DNA from: Octopus vulgaris | Taxonomy: Eukaryota | DNA length: 64,000 nt | Assembly (NCBI GenBank): GCA_951406725.2 | Contig: OX597820.1 | Coordinates: 113,460,001-113,524,000 of the forward strand | Direction of reading: 5' to 3' | Shown here: positions 28,645 through 40,659 of the stretch, one piece after another | Layout: each line of letters opens with the position of its first letter | Position numbering within the stretch: position 1 is the first letter of the stretch | Position numbers and translations under genes: made by a program | Notes under the pieces: model-generated | Told to the model about the DNA's origin: nothing | Database searches by the model: none | What the model saw: only the letters and a program-made list of their open reading frames with translations

Positions 28645-29759
28645 GGGGAAGAGAGAGAGAGACCGTTTATAGGTGTTTGTTGTTTCTAATTCGAGGTTAG
28701 TACTGATCGAGCAGAACGATAATGAAAAGCATCCCAGCCATGACCATCTCATCACATTTTAGGGCTGTTTACTACTACATTAAAGAATATATCCTTTATT
28801 TAATCAAGACGGCAGAGTTTCTAATAGGAAATATATTTGGCTGCTATTTCTAGCCAGCAGATCGAACGACTTCGTTCTTTCATGTGTGTTATGTTTGATG
28901 TGTGTATATGTGTGTGTATGTTACGTATCTATTTGGTGCGGGATTATATGTGTTTGTGTACATAATATGTGTGTGATTTGCTATGATATCGCTTATCAGC
29001 TGTATACGTATGAAAACGCACGTACGCGTGTGTATGCATGAGTACATGTGTGTATGTGTTGTATATTTGATAGAAACTGTGCGTGTGTGTGTTAATAGAA
29101 AGTATGTATGCATATGTGCGTATTTGATAGAAAGTATGAGTGTGTGTGCGTGTGTGCGTGTGAGTGTCTGTGTATTAGATAGAAAATATGTGTGTATGTG
29201 TGTATTTGAAAGTATATGCGCGTGTGTTTATGTGTGTGTACATATTTGATACCAAGTGTATGCGCATGTGTGTGTTTGTTTGATACAAAGTGAGTGCGTG
29301 TGTGTCAGCGAGAGTGAATATATATGTGCGCACCGGAGAGATGGAAAGAGAGAAAGAGAGAGTAACAGGAGAAAGTCAGAGTGAGAGAGGGAGTCTATGC
29401 AGTAGTGTCCAGTAATGGAGTTAGCCAACGTCCGAAGATCAACACATTAGCGACATCAGTGATCTTTTTATTCAATGGCCCCAGAAAAACATAATAAAAA
29501 CAAAACTCGCCATTATTGTTTGTTTGCATGTGTATGTGTGTATGTATGTGTGTGTGTTACATATTATAATAAATACTCACATATATGCGTATATGAATGC
29601 ATTATATGAGTGTGTGCGCATGTATAATTAGAGTTTCTGTGTGTGTGTATGTGTGTGTGTGTATGTGTGTGTGTGTGTGTCTGTGTAAGTGTGCGCGCGT
29701 ACGCGCGTGCGTGCGTGCTTCTGTATGTGTACAGACAAAATGTATGAACAAATGTATAA

Positions 29760-29861
<102 letters not shown>

Positions 29862-30070
29862 CATTTGTAGAAATATATATAAATCCGGAGAAGCAAGCTC
29901 TTCTAATATGTAGAGCAGCAGTTAATAATTATAGTGGGGTAGGCCGGTTTATGGAGTTCTGGGTTTCTCGCTCATAAGAGGTTTAGCCTTACGGTGTATC
30001 TTCAGACCTGGGACCTCTTTAAAATACGGAGGGGGAAAAGCTTCGTTTTCAAGGGTAAAACCCTAGGTCT

Positions 30071-30127
30071 TTGGTTAAGAGCGCGGCCAACTAACCCCAC
30101 GATTCCGAGTTCGATTCCAGGCTGTGA

Positions 30128-30131
<4 letters not shown>
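30071..30131 (+). mobile_element. Truncated tRNA-like SINE head followed by (AAT)n
   Basis: tggttaagagcg (A box end) and gagttcgattcc (B box). Confidence 0.65.
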
Positions 30132-30217
<86 letters not shown>

Positions 30218-30218
30218 G

Positions 30219-30612
30219 ATTGAGCATGTCCCTTAGTGGCTGACGATATGTGCATCTCTGATCACGAGCAGAAGTAGTGGGGGAGCATCATAGCCATGTG
30301 TTGAGAGGGATTCTTTGGGGTTTGAATAATTCACCTCTGGAAAAATGGGTGGTTCTTTCAACATCCTTAAACAACCCTTATTCAGGGACCTTTTGGGCAG
30401 GATGGGCTACTCAACCTGAAGAAAATTCTAACTGGGCCCCACCTGCAAGGTCATGTGCTGTTTATCTTGATATGAGATCACCATGTCGCGCACATATGGT
30501 TGTGATGCATGTGCCTGGTGTACCCTTATCAGACGGGTAGTCATGATGGGTATATTGGGCTTTATATATTTTACCCCAGTGTCACTTTGATGGCATGAAC
30601 TGCTCTCTCACT
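30219..30612 (+). mobile_element. Repeat family D between two (AAT)n tracts
   Basis: Homologous to 15782-16060. Confidence 0.8.
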
Positions 30613-30647
30613 CAATAATAATAATAATAATAATGATGATGATGATG

Positions 30648-30704
<57 letters not shown>

Positions 30705-30707
<3 letters not shown>

Positions 30708-30854
30708 TCGAAAATACCTTAGGAATGAGAACCAAAGTTCGAAATTTCCTCCAAGACACCTGATGAAGGCTGGAGGGTATACCAGCCGAAACAACAAATA
30801 AGATGAGGACAAATATCCGACAACTGTAAATAATGTAAATAATATATATATATT

Positions 30855-30900
<46 letters not shown>

Positions 30901-30935
30901 AATATATCCGTCAACTGTAAATAATGTAAAATATA
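30705..30935 (+). mobile_element. Hammerhead-bearing repeat tail
   Basis: gacac-CTGATGA-a-ggctg/cagcc-GAAA at 30755-30791 with the cleavage arm deleted; homologous to 9620-9720. Confidence 0.75.
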
Positions 30936-31239
30936 TATATATATATATAGTAAGGAAAAATTTTTTTTTAAAATGCAGAATGCTCAAATGAAATAAAATT
31001 TTAATAAAATGAGAAAATGATAAAATATATAAATATATATATTTATTCAACCGGTTTTCGTCAATGTATGACTTGTCAAGAATATTTATGTTTTAAGAAG
31101 TTTTTTTGAAAATTAGAAAGGGGAAAAAAAGAAAATTGCAATGTTTTTTGTAAAAGAATAATGATAAAAATGTACAAAAATTAAAAAATAAGTTCTCCGA
31201 TACATTGTGAGTTCGTTGTGTATCTTGAGTTTTATGGTT

Positions 31240-31607
31240 TTGAAGGCTCTGAATTTACCTTCAAACAAGGTACGAAGTTTAAAATCAAGACTAACTTCTC
31301 CTGTTCCTCCGAGAACCTTATCTACGTTCTCACATGCGCTGGTTGCCAACATAATTATGTGGGACAAACGAGTCTCCCGTTACGTAAACGAGTAACGGTG
31401 CATAAAGAACAAATAAATCTCCCGGAATACCGACAAATTCCACTGAGTGACCACTTAGACTCATGTGCCAAAGACTTAAACCCCAAATTCTATATATTCC
31501 CCTTCTACCAATGTAAAGACGGGATCACCACACAGGAGAGAATTAACAAGGAGAATCTCTTTATTGAAAAATTCCAAACACAACTTAATATGCAAACTCC
31601 TCGTTGA
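31240..31607 (+). pseudogene. GIY-YIG endonuclease C-terminus of a Penelope-like element
   Basis: CSSENLIYVLTCAGCQHNYVGQT..LRKRVTVH..DH..ERINKENLFIEKF..LN. Confidence 0.93.
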
Positions 31608-32245
31608 TAAAACTTCCTTTCTCTACCTCACTCTTCATGGATGGACTAACACAAATATATAAAGATACCATGCATTCACCACTTCAAGCTAAAACTTATA
31701 TTCTTTAAATATCATTTTCACTATTGTTGTTGTTACTACTATCATTTTTATTATAAATGATATGACAATTTGAAATGCAATTGTCTATGCAGTTTTATAT
31801 TATTAGAAAATAATATAAATAAAGTGTTAAAATCTGAAAGTTAAGTTAACAAGCAATTATATATAAAAAAGATAATGCAAATGAAGCTAAAATGATAGTT
31901 TTATAATTTGGGTTTTATTGAAGAACTCAAAAGAGTTTTCTCCCCTTACTCACAACACAGGAACTGAAGAACCAGGACCACAATTACTACTACTTCCTGT
32001 CCTGCAACATGCTGTATTCAACAACACAACACATCACATGCTCTTAATCCCTTTGGATCTTAACACCTCAAGGTAACTTTTTTGGTAAACAACCATAAAA
32101 CTCAAGATACACAACGAACTCACAATGTATCGGAGAACTTATTTTTTAATTTTTGTACATTTTTATCATTATTCTTTTACAAAAAACATTGCAATTTTCT
32201 TTTTTTCCCCTTTCTAATTTTCAAAAAAACTTCTTAAAACATAAA

Positions 32246-32286
32246 TATTCTTGACAAGTCATACATTGACGAAAACCGGTTGAATA
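32246..32286 (+). ncRNA. Variant hammerhead (U3-A8) in the pLTR; mirror copy at 31044-31084 (-)
   Basis: tattc-TTGACAA-gtca/tgac-GAAA-accggtt-gaata. Confidence 0.7.
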
Positions 32287-32454
32287 AATATATATATTTA
32301 TATATTTTATCATTTTCTCATTTTATTAAAATTTTATTTCATTTGAGCATTCTGCATTTTAAAAAAATTTTTCCTTACTTATCATTTCTCCACGTGCGGT
32401 CAACACAACCCCACCATTTATTGATCTATATATATATATATATATATATATATC

Positions 32455-33066
32455 AGTAATAATATAGGGTGAAATTAATTAATTTGGAATAATCATTAAT
32501 TTCACCAAGTAGATTTCGGCATGTAAAAGCCCCATTCGAGGAAAGTTTAAGTAATACTAAGTAATTAAGGGTTTAGCAACGATTTGCTTCACCACACACC
32601 GAATTTAGAAATCGCAGTCAAAGAGTTATAGCTATTCTTTCTACTAAAAGGGAGATCTCAGTAAAACCACAGCACTTGAAAGGCAAACACAGACAGGCAA
32701 GAGAGAAGGAAATGACGATATTAAGTCACCTACGGACGTACGTTTCGAAATTAAGTTTTAGGAAAGCATAAGAATTAGATAATTATGTCTTACCCAACTT
32801 TTTTCTCATCAGCGTAGGACACTACAATTATGAATAATTGTATATTAAATTTCGAGGTACTAGAAGACATCATCTCAACTCAGTATCAGAGCGAGCTAAA
32901 GCCGTTACCAGTATCACCAAATTCAAAGTGTGAATGAAAGTTTGTGTCACCAACCCCCTCCTTTAATGAGATCTCCTTTTAGTAGAAAGAATAGCTATAA
33001 CTCTTTGACTGCTATTTCTAAATTCGGTGTGTGGTGAGGCAAATCGTTGCTAAACCCTTAATTACT

Positions 33067-33070
<4 letters not shown>
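32455..33070 (-). mobile_element. pLTR-like element between (TA)n tracts with ~100 bp inverted arms (32559-32660, 32967-33068)
   Basis: Inverted repeat plus an internal hammerhead. Confidence 0.8.
32729..32818 (-). ncRNA. Hammerhead ribozyme motif with canonical GUC site
   Basis: cctacg-CTGATGA-gaaa..aagtt..cataa/ttatg..aactt..tttc-GAAA-cgtacg-TC-cgtagg. Confidence 0.88.
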
Positions 33071-33128
<58 letters not shown>

Positions 33129-33334
33129 CTATATAAAGCCTGTATGTGTGTGTGTTTACACGGAAACATACACATATCTACATGTACATATGTATATATG
33201 CATATATACATTAGGGTAAATGTTTTTAATTTTCCTTTGATTTCTGAATTACTACTATTTAGCGGTTTGAGTGTAGCTGCTCGTTTTAGTGAGTTGAATG
33301 GCCTATTAAGGCCGTTCCTTAATATTATTATATA

Positions 33335-33418
<84 letters not shown>

Positions 33419-33502
33419 CATACATACACATACACACAAACGCACACACACACACACACACACACAAACACGCACATACATATATATATATAATTATTGT
33501 GA

Positions 33503-33806
33503 AGGCGGGTGGCTCAGTGGTTAGGGCATTCGGCTCACGATCAGAAGGTCGTGCGTTCAATTCCTGGCGACGCATTGTGTCCTTGAGCAAGACACTTTAT
33601 TTCACGTTGCTCCAGTCCACTCACCTGGCAAAAACGAGTAGATTTCAAATGTACTTGTCACACTATGACATGCTGAATGTCTCTGAGAACTACGTTAAGG
33701 GTAGACGTGTCCGTGGAATACTCAGCCACTTGCACGCTAATTTCACGAGCAAGCTGCTCTGCTGATCGTACCAGCTGGCACCCTCGTCGTCGTAACCGAC
33801 GGAGTG
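33503..33806 (+). mobile_element. tRNA-derived SINE (family C)
   Basis: ggctcagtggttagg, gttcaattcc and shared core; its tail also occurs at 4460-4540 (-). Confidence 0.85.
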
Positions 33807-33929
33807 CTCTTATATGTAATTATCGGCTTAGCCTTATATATAATTTATATGCAATGTACATATACACACGTACATTTTGTACTCATATCTCACACACACA
33901 CATACAAACACATATATTCATACATATGT

Positions 33930-34225
33930 GAATGGCCGAGTGGTCTGAATGTTGCACTCACAATCGCGAGATCGTGGTTTCAATTCCTAGACCAGGTGGT
34001 GCGTCGTATTCTTGAGCAAAGCACTTCATCTCATGTTGCTCAGTGATCACTTCGACATCAGATGTGTGGCACACAGTGCACCTGTTCAGGTAACGTTGAT
34101 TTGATGGAGAGAGTGAGTTAATGTGTGACACAAACATTTGATCCCTATGAGCAAATCATTTGTGCAGGTTGTTCGGTCAAAGCTGAACACCACCCATACA
34201 TCGTCTTCGACAGGATAATCCATCA
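33930..34225 (+). mobile_element. Degenerate family C SINE with a different tail
   Basis: tggccgagtgg..ggtttcaattcc..ttcttgagcaaagcacttcat. Confidence 0.65.
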
Positions 34226-34251
34226 TATATGTTGATATATACATGTAAATG

Positions 34252-35500
34252 TTGGGTTGTCCGGAAAGTTCGTGCCGATTTATAGTAGCTTACCTTTCGA
34301 CTTATTTTATAACATGATTGAGTCCATAAAATAGGATTTGACTACACCTCCATTTGGAGCACAGTTTAAGCCATCTTTCGATAGAAGATTTATGTTCCTA
34401 TAACCTGTATTAATTCTGTAACCCTTTAAAATGGAAGATAAGAAAATTCATTTTCGGCACTTGATGCTTTTCTTTTTCCGTAAAGGGAAAAATACCTCAC
34501 AAGCAACCAAAGAAATATGCGCAGTTTACGGTGATGTGGTTCGCAAGGTTCCTAGCTGGAGATTATAGCCTTATTGATAAAGAGCGATCAGGCAGACCAT
34601 CCACTACAGTTGATGACCAAATCAAGTCATTAATTGAGAATAACCCACATTGCACAACCTGAGAATTGGCAGAAAGCCTCAACCTATCAAAATCTGTCGT
34701 TCATGAGTACCTGGTAAAGCTTGGGTACACAAACCGCTACGATGTTTGGGAACCACTTGAGTTGAGTAAGAAGAACCTTTTGGATCACATTTCCATCTGT
34801 GATTCGCTTTATAAACGGAATGAAAACGCGCTTTTTTAAAGCAAATTGTGACAGGTGATGAGAAATGGATTATCTACCGAAATGTTCAGAGAATGCGATC
34901 TTGGAGTAAGCGACATGAGCCACCCTTAGCTACCCCAAAAGTGGGTCTTCACCTTAAGAAAGTCTTGCTTTGTGTCTGGTGGGATTGGAAAGGAATTCTG
35001 TACTATGAGCTTCTCCCAAGTATCCAGACAATTAATTCTGAGAAATACTGCACACAACTGGACGAGTTAAAAGCAGCAATTCAAGAGAAACGTCCAGAAT
35101 TGGCCAACAGGAAGGGTGTTGTTTTCCAACATGATAATGCAAGACCGCACGTTTCTTTGGGACCCAGACGAAAATTGCTGCAGCTCGGCTGGGATGTGTT
35201 ACCCCACCCTCCATATTCACCAGATATTGCTCCTTCGGATTTCCACTTATTCAGGTCTCTGCAGAATAATCTTAATGGTAAAAATTTCAATTCCTTGGAT
35301 GACGTATAAAGATACCTTGATGAACTTTTGCTATGAAACCACCTCAATTCTGGGAAGAAGGTATTTTCAAGTTAAAGGAAAGATAGAGACGCATTGTGCA
35401 ACAAAATGGTTCATATTTGGTTGATTAAAAATGTAATGGCAAGTATTTATTGACCTTTTTCTCTCCTTTAAAAATCGACACGAGCTTCCCGGACAACCCA

Positions 35501-35501
<1 letters not shown>
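34252..35501 (+). mobile_element. Full-length decayed mariner (DD34D)
   Basis: TGDEKW, FQHDNARPH, HPPYSPDIAPSDFHLF; TIRs ttgggttgtccggaaag / cttcccggacaacccaa. Confidence 0.96.
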
Positions 35502-35588
<87 letters not shown>

Positions 35589-35844
35589 GCACTCACACGC
35601 ACACACACACCCACACACAAATATTTATATACAGGCGTACATAAACACATAAAATAGAGTCTTCATGGCGAGATTGTTAGCTTTAGAATTGGTGACTAAG
35701 ATATTTAACGATGGTGTGGAGACGATGTGTAACGAGGTGAAGATGTTACTTCGGTGGGTAGGACGGTGGTCTTTCATACGCTTCCTCTGTGTGTGTGTGC
35801 GTGTGTGTGTGTGTGTGTGTGCGTGCGTGTGTGCGTGTGTGTGT

Positions 35845-35992
35845 AGGTGCAGGTATGGTTGTTGAGTAAGAGCTTGCTTCCCAACCACAAAGTTCCGGGT
35901 TCAGTTCCACAACGAGACACCTTGGGTAAGTGTTTCGTACTCGGGCTGACCAAAGCCTTCTGAGTGGTTTTGGTTGACGGAAAATGAAAGAA

Positions 35993-36050
<58 letters not shown>

Positions 36051-36432
36051 TCTTTTACTCTTTTACTTGTTTCAGTCATTTGACTGCGGCCATGCTGAAG
36101 CACCGCCTTTAGTCGAGCAAATCGACCCCAGGACTTATCCTTTGGAAGCCTAGTACTTATTCTATCGGTCTCTTTTGCCAAACCGTTAGTAAGTTACGGG
36201 ACGTAAACACACCACCATCGGCTGTCAAGCGATGTTGGAGGGACAAACACAGACACACAATATATATACGACGGGCTTCTTTCAGTTTCCGTCTACAAAA
36301 TCCACTCACAAGGCTTTGGGCGGCCCGAGGGTATAGTAGAAGACACTTGCTCAAGATGCCACGCAGTGGGAATGAATCCAGAACCATGTGGTTGGTAAGC
36401 AAGGTACTTACCACACAGCCACTCCAGCGCCT
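35845..36432. mobile_element. Family A SINEs: + head (35845-35993) and - full copy (36049-36432)
   Basis: Homology to the other family A copies. Confidence 0.87.
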
Positions 36433-36549
36433 ATATATATATTAAAATTAAAGATAAAACCTATATTAGATTTTATCAGGTAGTCAACATGTAATAACCA
36501 ATTAAGTTAAAAATTTAATAGAATATAAAATTTAATATAATTAAATTAC

Positions 36550-37278
36550 AAAATAATCACTTCATGTTTGACAATACGTTTTACCGTCGAAAATCCGGAA
36601 TTGCTATGGGTACAAGGGCAGCACCAGTGATTGCGAACCTAACAATGGGCTACCTGGAAGTAATAATATACCAGGAATCTTTATCGACCTTTGGAAAACC
36701 CCTTTCTCAATACATAAAAGAGAATTGGAAAAGATTCCTAGACGACTATTTTATACTCTGGAATGAAAACACAGATAAACTCCTAAAATTCAAAATCCTA
36801 TTGAACAACGTCAACCCAAACATACAGTTCACAATGGAGTACAACCAAAAGGAGCTTCCATTCTTAGATATACTAATTTTAAAAAATTAACCTAAAGATG
36901 GAAACAGACATATTTTACAAAAGCACAGACGCCAAACAATACCTACTTTTTGATTCATGCCACCCAAGACACACTAAAACAAACATCCCCTTCAACCTTG
37001 CAAGAAGGATATTCACAATAGTGTCCGAACAAAATACCAGAAACTTTAGACTACAAGAACTCAAAAACACTCTAATTGCCAGACACTATTTAGTTCAACT
37101 CATAGAGGATGGAATCAGACGTGCAACACAAATCGACATAGAAACCTTAAGAAAAGTTCAACACAGCAACACACCTTCCCCGAAAATACTGCCTTACATA
37201 TCCACATACAACCCCAGAAACAAAGAAGCCATCACCATCATCACTCAGAATTTACCAATGCTTCATAAGAACCCAAAT
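36550..37278 (+). pseudogene. Penelope-like reverse transcriptase fragment
   Basis: GIAMGTRAAPVIANL, RFLDD, IQFTME..LPFLD, YKSTD..YL.F.SCHP..K.NIP. Confidence 0.93.
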
Positions 37279-37280
37279 TA

Positions 37281-38120
37281 TATATACATTCAAAATAAGC
37301 AACAGGATATCCAGATGAGATACAAGCGGCTCTATTTAATTGAACAATGCAATCACTAGATCAATTTAAATACAGAGCTATCCTCAGCTGCATAAATAAA
37401 TAAATAGAATTTATTTAATCAGTCGAACATATTTATATACTTTTACTTAAATCCTCTAAGAGGGTAAGAAAACAGACAAAGTCTATGCTGCTTTCACTTC
37501 AGCTTTGAAGCTTCTAAGACATTAGGAAAAAAATTTGTTAGGTTCATAGCTTGTCACTGATTTTGGTTAAGTTTTAATTTATTTATCTTGTTTATCAAAT
37601 CTTTGTATATTCAAATCTAAGACAAGAGAATAGTGTTTGTTAGGAAAGGGCATGAGGGAGTTGACAGAATCATAATGGGTATAGTCATAAAACTTGTCAA
37701 GATTATTTTGAAGTAGTATAAAGTAACTGGCTGTAGTAAAGTTGGGTTGTGGAAGACCTCAAATCAAGGTGTTAATACCAGTTAAAGGGGCAAGACGCCA
37801 ATAAAACCAATGATGATAATACAGAGGAAATTTTATCATGGGATTTAAATCAATCACCGAGAGGATTAAAGTAAAATTATACAAATATCTCAGACTGATT
37901 AAATAAATTCTATTTATTTATTTATGCAGCTGAGGATAGCCCTGCATTTAAATGAATGCAATGATAGCATTGTTCAATTAAACGGAGCCGCTTGAAACGG
38001 TCATACTGAATCACCTGTGGATATCTTGTTGCTTATTCTGATTTTAGTCACCTTATTTTGAAGTTGTATATTTAATACCGCATTAATTTTTGGTGCTTCA
38101 ACTTAAGTACTTAATTCATC
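37281..38120. mobile_element. pLTR-like inverted repeat (37281-37425 versus 37892-38070) with a degenerate hammerhead at 37924-38011 (+)
   Basis: atgcag-CTGAGGA-tagc...gctt-GAAA-cggtca-TA-ctgaat. Confidence 0.65.
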
Positions 38121-38138
38121 CGAATCTCAATTATTTTG

Positions 38139-38200
<62 letters not shown>

Positions 38201-38363
38201 AAACAATGCGATACAATAAAATTAATTATTATCGCCGGTGTACTAGCACACGCCATATATTATTCATATATAAGTACATTAAAAGGCGAAGTGTGTACTA
38301 GATACACAAAAGCTGGATAAATTTAATGAGATGAAAATTAAAAACTTTTACAAACTTGGATCT

Positions 38364-38436
38364 TCTTATACTGCAGTTTCGCCTATTTCAGCAATAAAAA
38401 TAATATTTATTTACTCAGGTAGGCTCTTCAGTAAGA
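38364..38436 (-). ncRNA. Hammerhead ribozyme motif
   Basis: tctta-CTGAAGA-gccta...taggc-GAAA-ctgcag-TA-taaga. Confidence 0.88.
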
Positions 38437-39801
38437 TTCCTGTTATTATGGGAAGCGCACATCAATAGAGGCATGTGCGTCTATTAAATTGCTCTTTCTA
38501 AACTATTCAAATCACTGCGCAGACTCAGAACGTACCCGACAAAATAGTATATATATATATATATATATATTCCACACCAAGGTCAATGCTTAGCATGTAA
38601 GTTTTGCCTAAAAGAGGAATCCCATATATTAAAACACAGTTCCTCGACACTACTAAATAAATATACTGAGGCTCTAAGTACATGCAGCCACCGCTTTTTT
38701 CATACTTTCAAATATTACCACAAATCTACATGCAGTCTAAATAACCACTTGAATGCGCACGTGCGTATGACTGTGTGTATGACGTGTATGATGTGCGTAT
38801 GACGTGTGCGCCTGCGCGTATATATGTGCGTGTGCATGCATGTGTATATGCATGCGCAAGCATATGCGTGTATGAATACATTTACGGATGCACGTGAGCA
38901 TGCTTGTATATATATATATGTGTGTATGTATATGCGTATGAATATATATATGTATATGTGTGTGTATGCATGTATGTATGCATATACGCACATGTATATG
39001 TACGTGTGTGTGCGCGTACGTGTGTTATACTTTCTTTCCCACTCTCTGATTGCTAGTTATCACACTAACCGATACAATCTATTTACGTCTATTTACAGAA
39101 ATTTGACATCTTTATGTTCTTCCCTCCACTTTAAATTTCACTACTAAAACCATTACTCATTTTGGCATCACCCCACCCATACCTTTTCTCTACCCATCCC
39201 TTAATGCAGCTCTGTCATATCACCCCTACTCATATTTCTCACACTTATTCACTCCTTACCTTCTCATCTCTTCCTATCCCTTCCCCACTTCTCTCCCATC
39301 CTCCCCTCACATTATCTCGACCGCCAACTAACACTCCTTTTCTCACTTCTTTTACTTCTTCACTTTCACTTTCTTTTTCACTCTTTTCATTTTTTCTCTG
39401 TTTTTTATTTCTCTTTTTTCTCTCATTTTTCTTCTCATTTTCTCTTCCTGTTTTCATTTTGACCTCTCTCCTCATTCTCATCATACACATCTCTTCACAA
39501 ATTTTCATTCACGCCACAAGTCCCTTTCGAATGAGCAACACAAAATTCACGGCTCCATACTTTGAAATTACTAAACATGAACTACTTTTGGAAACTACTA
39601 TTTACAGGAAACTTTTTTATCACTTCTATAAACCACTTTCCTTGAATAATGGAATTGCAGCTGCAATATTTTTTTATATATTTTATATTTCATTTCTATT
39701 TTCATTCTCTTATTTGTCTCTATATTCCCTATATCCTCCTTTTCCATAATAATTCCTTATCTCTAACTCAAATATTTACCTCTATTTAACCATTTCACAT
39801 T

Positions 39802-39849
39802 GTCTCTGATGAAGGGATATCCATAATATACCAGAAACAGCTGTAAGAC
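39802..39849 (+). ncRNA. Hammerhead motif (cagctg family)
   Basis: gtct-CTGATGA-agggatat..atatacca-GAAA-cagctg-TA-agac; downstream cacagccttgg shared with ~18800. Confidence 0.8.
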
Positions 39850-40022
39850 TATATTTATATCTTTTTCCTTATAGATATCCTGAAAACTACTCACAGCCTT
39901 GGCTTTGTTATCACATTTTGTCTAATATATATATATATATTAGTTTGAGTCACCCCGATGAAAACTCATCGTATCTTATATATATATCTATATGTGCATG
40001 TATGTATATATATATGTGTATG

Positions 40023-40110
<88 letters not shown>

Positions 40111-40329
40111 TATGTGTGTGTGTGATATCGTAATATATCAAGCATCTAATGAAGTAGCCATCCTTATGGTAAGCGATCCCTATGAAAATCGTGATATTCG
40201 CATTCGAGCTAGAGATAACAACCTCAAAACGTGTTTCAGAGACTCATCCTTCTTATGGTGTTCGTCAGTATCCTCTTATTTTATGGAATGGACAAGATGG
40301 ATATTATTTTAATATTCCACAGATTGAAA

Positions 40330-40545
40330 GCCGGTGAGCTGGCAGAAATGCTAGCACGCCAGGTGAAATGCTTGGCGGTATTTCGTCTGTCTTTACGTTC
40401 TGAGTTCAAATTCCGCCGATGTCGACTTTGCTTTTCATCCTTTCGGGCTCAATAACTTAAGTACCAGTTGCGTACTGGGGTCGATGTAATCGACTGGTTC
40501 TCTCCCGCCAAAATTTCGAGCATTGTGCCTAGCGTAGAAAAGAAT
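40330..40545 (+). mobile_element. Family B SINE
   Basis: gagctggcagaa..gagttcaaattccgcc..tttcatcctttcggg. Confidence 0.87.
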
Positions 40546-40659
40546 ATTCCATAGATTGAGCTTGCAACACGAGAGCGAATTACAAGCAAAATGGTGTTGA
40601 CAAATGACGTTTATTCCTACCAAATCAATTACACATATATCATGTAATTACACATATAT

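Larger units (their letters stand above)
30948..32420 (+). mobile_element. 5'-truncated Penelope-like element with inverted pseudo-LTR (30948-31239 versus 32091-32380)
   Basis: ~290 bp near-perfect inverted repeat enclosing the GIY-YIG fragment and 3'UTR. Confidence 0.9.

Noticed and set aside
34848-35309. SETMAR-like host gene
   Set aside because: Free mariner with TIRs, stops and frameshifts; no SET domain
39162-39749. 195 aa ORF
   Set aside because: Low-complexity pyrimidine-rich sequence upstream of a hammerhead, probably PLE UTR
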